Below are positions 60,811 to 64,000 of a stretch of 64,000 bases of DNA, in pieces (the stretch's first letter is position 1; every line of letters begins with the position of its first letter). The DNA lies in the NCBI GenBank assembly GCA_964360255.1, contig CAYHVK010000018.1, forward strand, positions 56 through 64,055, written 5' to 3'. Source of the stretch: an uncultured Pseudobdellovibrionaceae bacterium (GTDB lineage: Bacteria; Bdellovibrionota; Bdellovibrionia; Bdellovibrionales; UBA1609). Both the position numbers and the translations under genes were made by a program. Under the pieces are notes generated by a model. That model worked only from the letters and a program-made list of their open reading frames with translations, was not told where the DNA came from and ran no database searches.

Positions 60811-61308
60811 GTGACAATGGCTAATCCTCAAATGCTGATTACAGAATATATAACACAGACGAGTGGCCTTGAACTTCGTACTGGTCCGATGGATGAGCTT
60901 GTTATTTTTCAACGTATAGACAGCAAAACTATTCGTTTTCCAGTCCAAACTATTGAAGAAGTTTTAACGCGCATCGATGCTGATGGTCGAAATTTTCTTC
61001 AAGTTAACTTTTTGGACGGACGCAAAATTCTTTTAACTGAAAAATTAATAGGTTTTAAACCTATTGAAACAAAAGGTCTTGATCTTAAAAAACTTCCAAA
61101 AGTGGTAACCACTCCTGATTTAGTGAGTGTTGTTGAGGCCCTCGAGGAGAGTCTTAGCGCGAATAATCCACGTGATGAAGAGGTTGAAGTTTTACGCCGT
61201 GTTTTTGAAGCCGTACTTGCGGGTGCAAAAGCAGTGGGCTTTGAAATTGAAGCCGAAAAGGGTTGGGCGAACTCATTTCCAGCCTTTCGCCGCCGACCAT
61301 CTGCTTAA
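60811..61308 (+). CDS. Hypothetical protein
   Basis: 165-aa ORF with AGGAG RBS; LPKVVTTPDL segment looks family-conserved. Confidence 0.8.
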   Translation: MTMANPQMLITEYITQTSGLELRTGPMDELVIFQRIDSKTIRFPVQTIEEVLTRIDADGRNFLQVNFLDGRKILLTEKLIGFKPIETKGLDLKKLPKVVTTPDLVSVVEALEESLSANNPRDEEVEVLRRVFEAVLAGAKAVGFEIEAEKGWANSFPAFRRRPSA

Positions 61309-61389
61309 AATATAAGCAAACTAATCTTTCTTAATTATTGCGGTTGATTTTCTGTATTGAACTGGTAAACCCTTAGCTTCCGATTATCT

Positions 61390-61465
61390 GGGGGTTTAGC
61401 TCAGTTGGCAGAGCGTCTGATTTGCATTCAGAAGGTCGCAGGTTCGACTCCTGTAACCTCCACCA
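61390..61465 (+). tRNA. tRNA-Ala (TGC)
   Basis: Cloverleaf; acceptor GGGGGTT/AACCTCC with G3:U70, anticodon arm TCTGA-TTTGCAT-TCAGA, GTTCGAC T-loop, encoded CCA. Confidence 0.98.
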
Positions 61466-61494
61466 AAGATTTTCGGTCCTCAAATTTTCTCGAA

Positions 61495-61851
61495 TTATAA
61501 AAGTTTGGTTGCAGCGTATTGGCTGAGTGCTTCTAGCGCCAGAGTATTTTGTTTTGCTAGTGAAGTGATCGCATCAGTCGCAAATTGGTTGGCATCAGCT
61601 GCATACTCAATTTCTTTGCAAAGCTCGGCCATTTTTTCGAGCCCTAGAGCTTTTGAGCTAGACTTTAAACTATGTGCAGTAAACTCAACCTGTTTATAAT
61701 CTTGTAGACTGTAGGCGGCCTCAATAGCTTTAACAGAGATTGGAGCATTAGCCGTATAGTCATCGAATAAGCTTTTCACTAAGCCTGAAGCGCCGTCTTT
61801 CTCTAATTGGTGCAATTCAACTAATGCTTCTGGTCGAAAGATGGGCGTCAT
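61495..61851 (-). CDS. Stand-alone Hpt (histidine phosphotransfer) protein
   Basis: AHSLKSSSKALG...LC..IE; AAGGAG RBS. Confidence 0.9.
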   Translation of the reverse strand: MTPIFRPEALVELHQLEKDGASGLVKSLFDDYTANAPISVKAIEAAYSLQDYKQVEFTAHSLKSSSKALGLEKMAELCKEIEYAADANQFATDAITSLAKQNTLALEALSQYAATKLL

Positions 61852-61876
61852 GACGTAAATACTCCTTATTTATTAT

Positions 61877-61903
61877 CTATCGGTTTTTTGCTCAGATTCA
61901 TAA
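61877..61903 (-). promoter_or_regulatory. Sigma28-type promoter for the Hpt gene
   Basis: Minus strand TTATGAAT-N11-ACCGATAG. Confidence 0.5.
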
Positions 61904-62157
61904 AATAAATAAGTAATTAACTTAGAAGTAATAATCTCAGCTATATTCATAAAAAATTAAAATTCGCACGATCTAAGAAAAAACTCACTTTATTGCTCTA
62001 AATACCGTCAACTCTGTTTTCCTTCACTTTGATCCTTATTATTCCCTATTAAGTCCATCATATTGTAAAAAATCCTTTTAAAACAAGATTTTACCGTCTC
62101 AGAACGCTTTAAACGCAGCTTAAAAGACGCCCCAGATTTGCATAAATCCAATTATAG

Positions 62158-62601
62158 GTGAATATGAAAAATATGCTGTTTATTCTTTTATGTCTTTTTA
62201 TATCAACTCAGCCTGTACTGGTTCAGGCTTCTGCAGGCGCTCGGCTGCCAGAAGTCGTTGTGCCATTGGAGTCAGTTGCGCCTAAGACTGGTAAAGTTGT
62301 TTTAACAGAAGGCTGCCAAGCGTATTCGATTGAACACAAAGCTCACACACTTGCTAAAGTGGCTGCATTTAGAGACTCCCTCACACAAGAGCTGAAAAGT
62401 ACTGGTTACGCTAATTCGCCTCAAGGTTATTTGATATTTGCTTATGTATTAGCGAAGAATCCATATCAAGGATTAAAGAATTTAGAGGGCGGAACAATCA
62501 ATCTTGAAAAAGGATTTCCGCTCTCTAAAAGACAGAAAACTATTATGCAAAGTTTTTGTGATAACAACGGGCAGATCAATATGGATATGATCACTCGGTA
62601 A
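62158..62601 (+). CDS. Exported hypothetical protein
   Basis: Signal peptide (..VQA-S); two Cys. Confidence 0.7.
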   Translation: MNMKNMLFILLCLFISTQPVLVQASAGARLPEVVVPLESVAPKTGKVVLTEGCQAYSIEHKAHTLAKVAAFRDSLTQELKSTGYANSPQGYLIFAYVLAKNPYQGLKNLEGGTINLEKGFPLSKRQKTIMQSFCDNNGQINMDMITR

Positions 62602-62615
62602 ATCAGTCCACCTAA

Positions 62616-63446
62616 TTAATTTTTCCAAGGTGGCTCATGACCCAATACTTTATGTGGGTCGCGACCCAGCTCGACTTGTCGTTGCCATTCTAGATCTAAG
62701 AAATGATATTGTTCTGAAAGGGCTAATTGCTGATCCATGGCCTGGGCACAGTCATCATATATGTTATAGGTATAGCGTGAACAAACAGCCACATTTGCAG
62801 TATCTGGATTCGGAGTCATCTTCGCTAACCACTCCCGCACTAAAAGTGGCCGACGCGGCTCTACTGCTGGGTCTAATACATAATAATTATTGCCCACTTT
62901 TATCAATTGAGAAATATGCCACCACCAAGTTACTGAACCAGCGGGAGAATTAGATGTCTCCACGTTTAAATCTCCACTGACGATAATTTTCAGAGGAGAA
63001 ATCAGCTGCCACTCTTCAAATTTCGCTCTCTCTAAATCAGCCCGCGCGAAGCAACCGTCGTCTGGATACAACCAGCTCAAACGCCTCAAGAAGTTTTTGC
63101 CTTGATTTACAAAACGCAAATCTCGAATCTTTCTGAAATTTTCTTGCAAAGAAATCTCATCACTCCAGTTCGGCGTTTGGGTGAGATCAACTTGATTAAA
63201 AGGTTTCATTTGATCATAAGCCGTGTTCGCGAAATCCACTGACTTATATGTACCGTTTATTAAATTAGTGGTGAAACTTCTACGAGCAGCCTCTTCCGCT
63301 GTTTCATTTGGAGCCCTTACGGCCGATACTTTGTTCATAATAAGAGCGGCTGCGGCGTTATCTAAAACACCCATAGTAGCGATAAAACCCACTAAAATGC
63401 TTAAAACACAGGCGTTTATGATAATTCTTTTAGGTTTTTGGGCCAT
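62616..63446 (-). CDS. Protein-glutamine glutaminase family protein, exported/anchored
   Basis: YPDDGCFARA (Cys), WWWHIS (His), VLDP (Asp); ATG 63446 after a G-rich RBS. Confidence 0.85.
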   Translation of the reverse strand: MAQKPKRIIINACVLSILVGFIATMGVLDNAAAALIMNKVSAVRAPNETAEEAARRSFTTNLINGTYKSVDFANTAYDQMKPFNQVDLTQTPNWSDEISLQENFRKIRDLRFVNQGKNFLRRLSWLYPDDGCFARADLERAKFEEWQLISPLKIIVSGDLNVETSNSPAGSVTWWWHISQLIKVGNNYYVLDPAVEPRRPLLVREWLAKMTPNPDTANVAVCSRYTYNIYDDCAQAMDQQLALSEQYHFLDLEWQRQVELGRDPHKVLGHEPPWKN

Positions 63447-63660
63447 TTTTTGTATCCCCCCACAAGATAAAAATAATTCTTTAGAAAAACGAAAATACTT
63501 GTTTACAAGAGTATGTAAACTCATTAGATTCGTCCCTCTGAGCAAAACTTATGACAGCAAATCAGTAGAACATACAGCTTTGATGCGCGTAGGTAGAGAT
63601 CAGAACTTAACCTGAAACACAGACTAGAACTGAGTTTTAAAGTTAAGGGCTTCCGACAAG

Positions 63661-63761
63661 ATTTTTATCAAAAAAAAATTAAAAAATTTTTGAATAAGAT
63701 GCTTGACCCAGGTTCTGAGTTACTTTAGAACGTGGACCTTCGGAAAATTGCTCTTTGAAAA
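63661..63761 (+). promoter_or_regulatory. rRNA operon promoter with UP element and boxA
   Basis: A/T tracts 63661-63700; TTGACC-N17-TAGAAC (63703-63731); boxA TGCTCTTTGAAAA at 63749. Confidence 0.8.
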
Positions 63762-63922
63762 CTGAATAGCTAATTCAAGAAATTAAGATTTGGATCTCGC
63801 AGTAGATGCATCCCTTAAAAGATGTTGAAACTTGTGAGTCAACAATAGTCACCTTGGCGCCAGCGCCAAGAGTGATACAATAATTTGATTTTATATTATA
63901 TAAATAATGAGAATCGGAATTT

Positions 63923-64000
63923 TAACTGAAGAGTTTGATTCTGGCTCAGAGCAAACGCTGGCGGCGTGCCTAAGACATGCAAGTCGAACGAGGAAAGCTT
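63923..64000 (+). rRNA. rrs: 16S rRNA, 5' end (runs off window)
   Basis: AGAGTTTGATTCTGGCTCAG...AACGCTGGCGGCGTGCCTAAGACATGCAAGTCGAACG. Confidence 0.97.

Noticed and set aside
61390-63660. Integrative element at tRNA-Ala
   Set aside because: No integrase, and I found no duplicated tRNA 3' end (att site) in the window.

Overview
A mostly core-chromosomal 64 kb segment from a Bdellovibrio-like predatory bacterium (Bdellovibrionota). The lineage is inferred from the Glt/Agl gliding operon, the pilH-pilI-pilD-pilMNOPQ cluster, three tandem lepB genes and the 16S 5' end. Housekeeping genes: eno, polA, engB, kdsB, pyrG, kdsD, lptC/A, lptB, rpoN, hpf, metK, lepA, pyrB, carA, carB, rarA, tRNA-Ala(TGC) and the start of an rRNA operon. 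I found no CRISPR array, prophage or transposase. Items worth a second look: (i) a 2xGYF_2-PilZ gene converging on the gliding operon, whose GltG has polyproline tracts; (ii) the gliding operon sits inside the usual kdsD..lptC-lptB-rpoN-hpf operon; (iii) five sigma28-like promoters mark a likely attack-phase gene set; (iv) the window opens in a ZnuA-like frame whose upstream part is not ZnuA; (v) long inverted-repeat elements lie after rpoN and before metK; (vi) a fourU-like hairpin covers the RBS of a PC4-like gene after polA; (vii) the third signal peptidase is degenerate; (viii) there is a protein-glutaminase homologue. All family calls come from motif recognition by eye, not from database searches.
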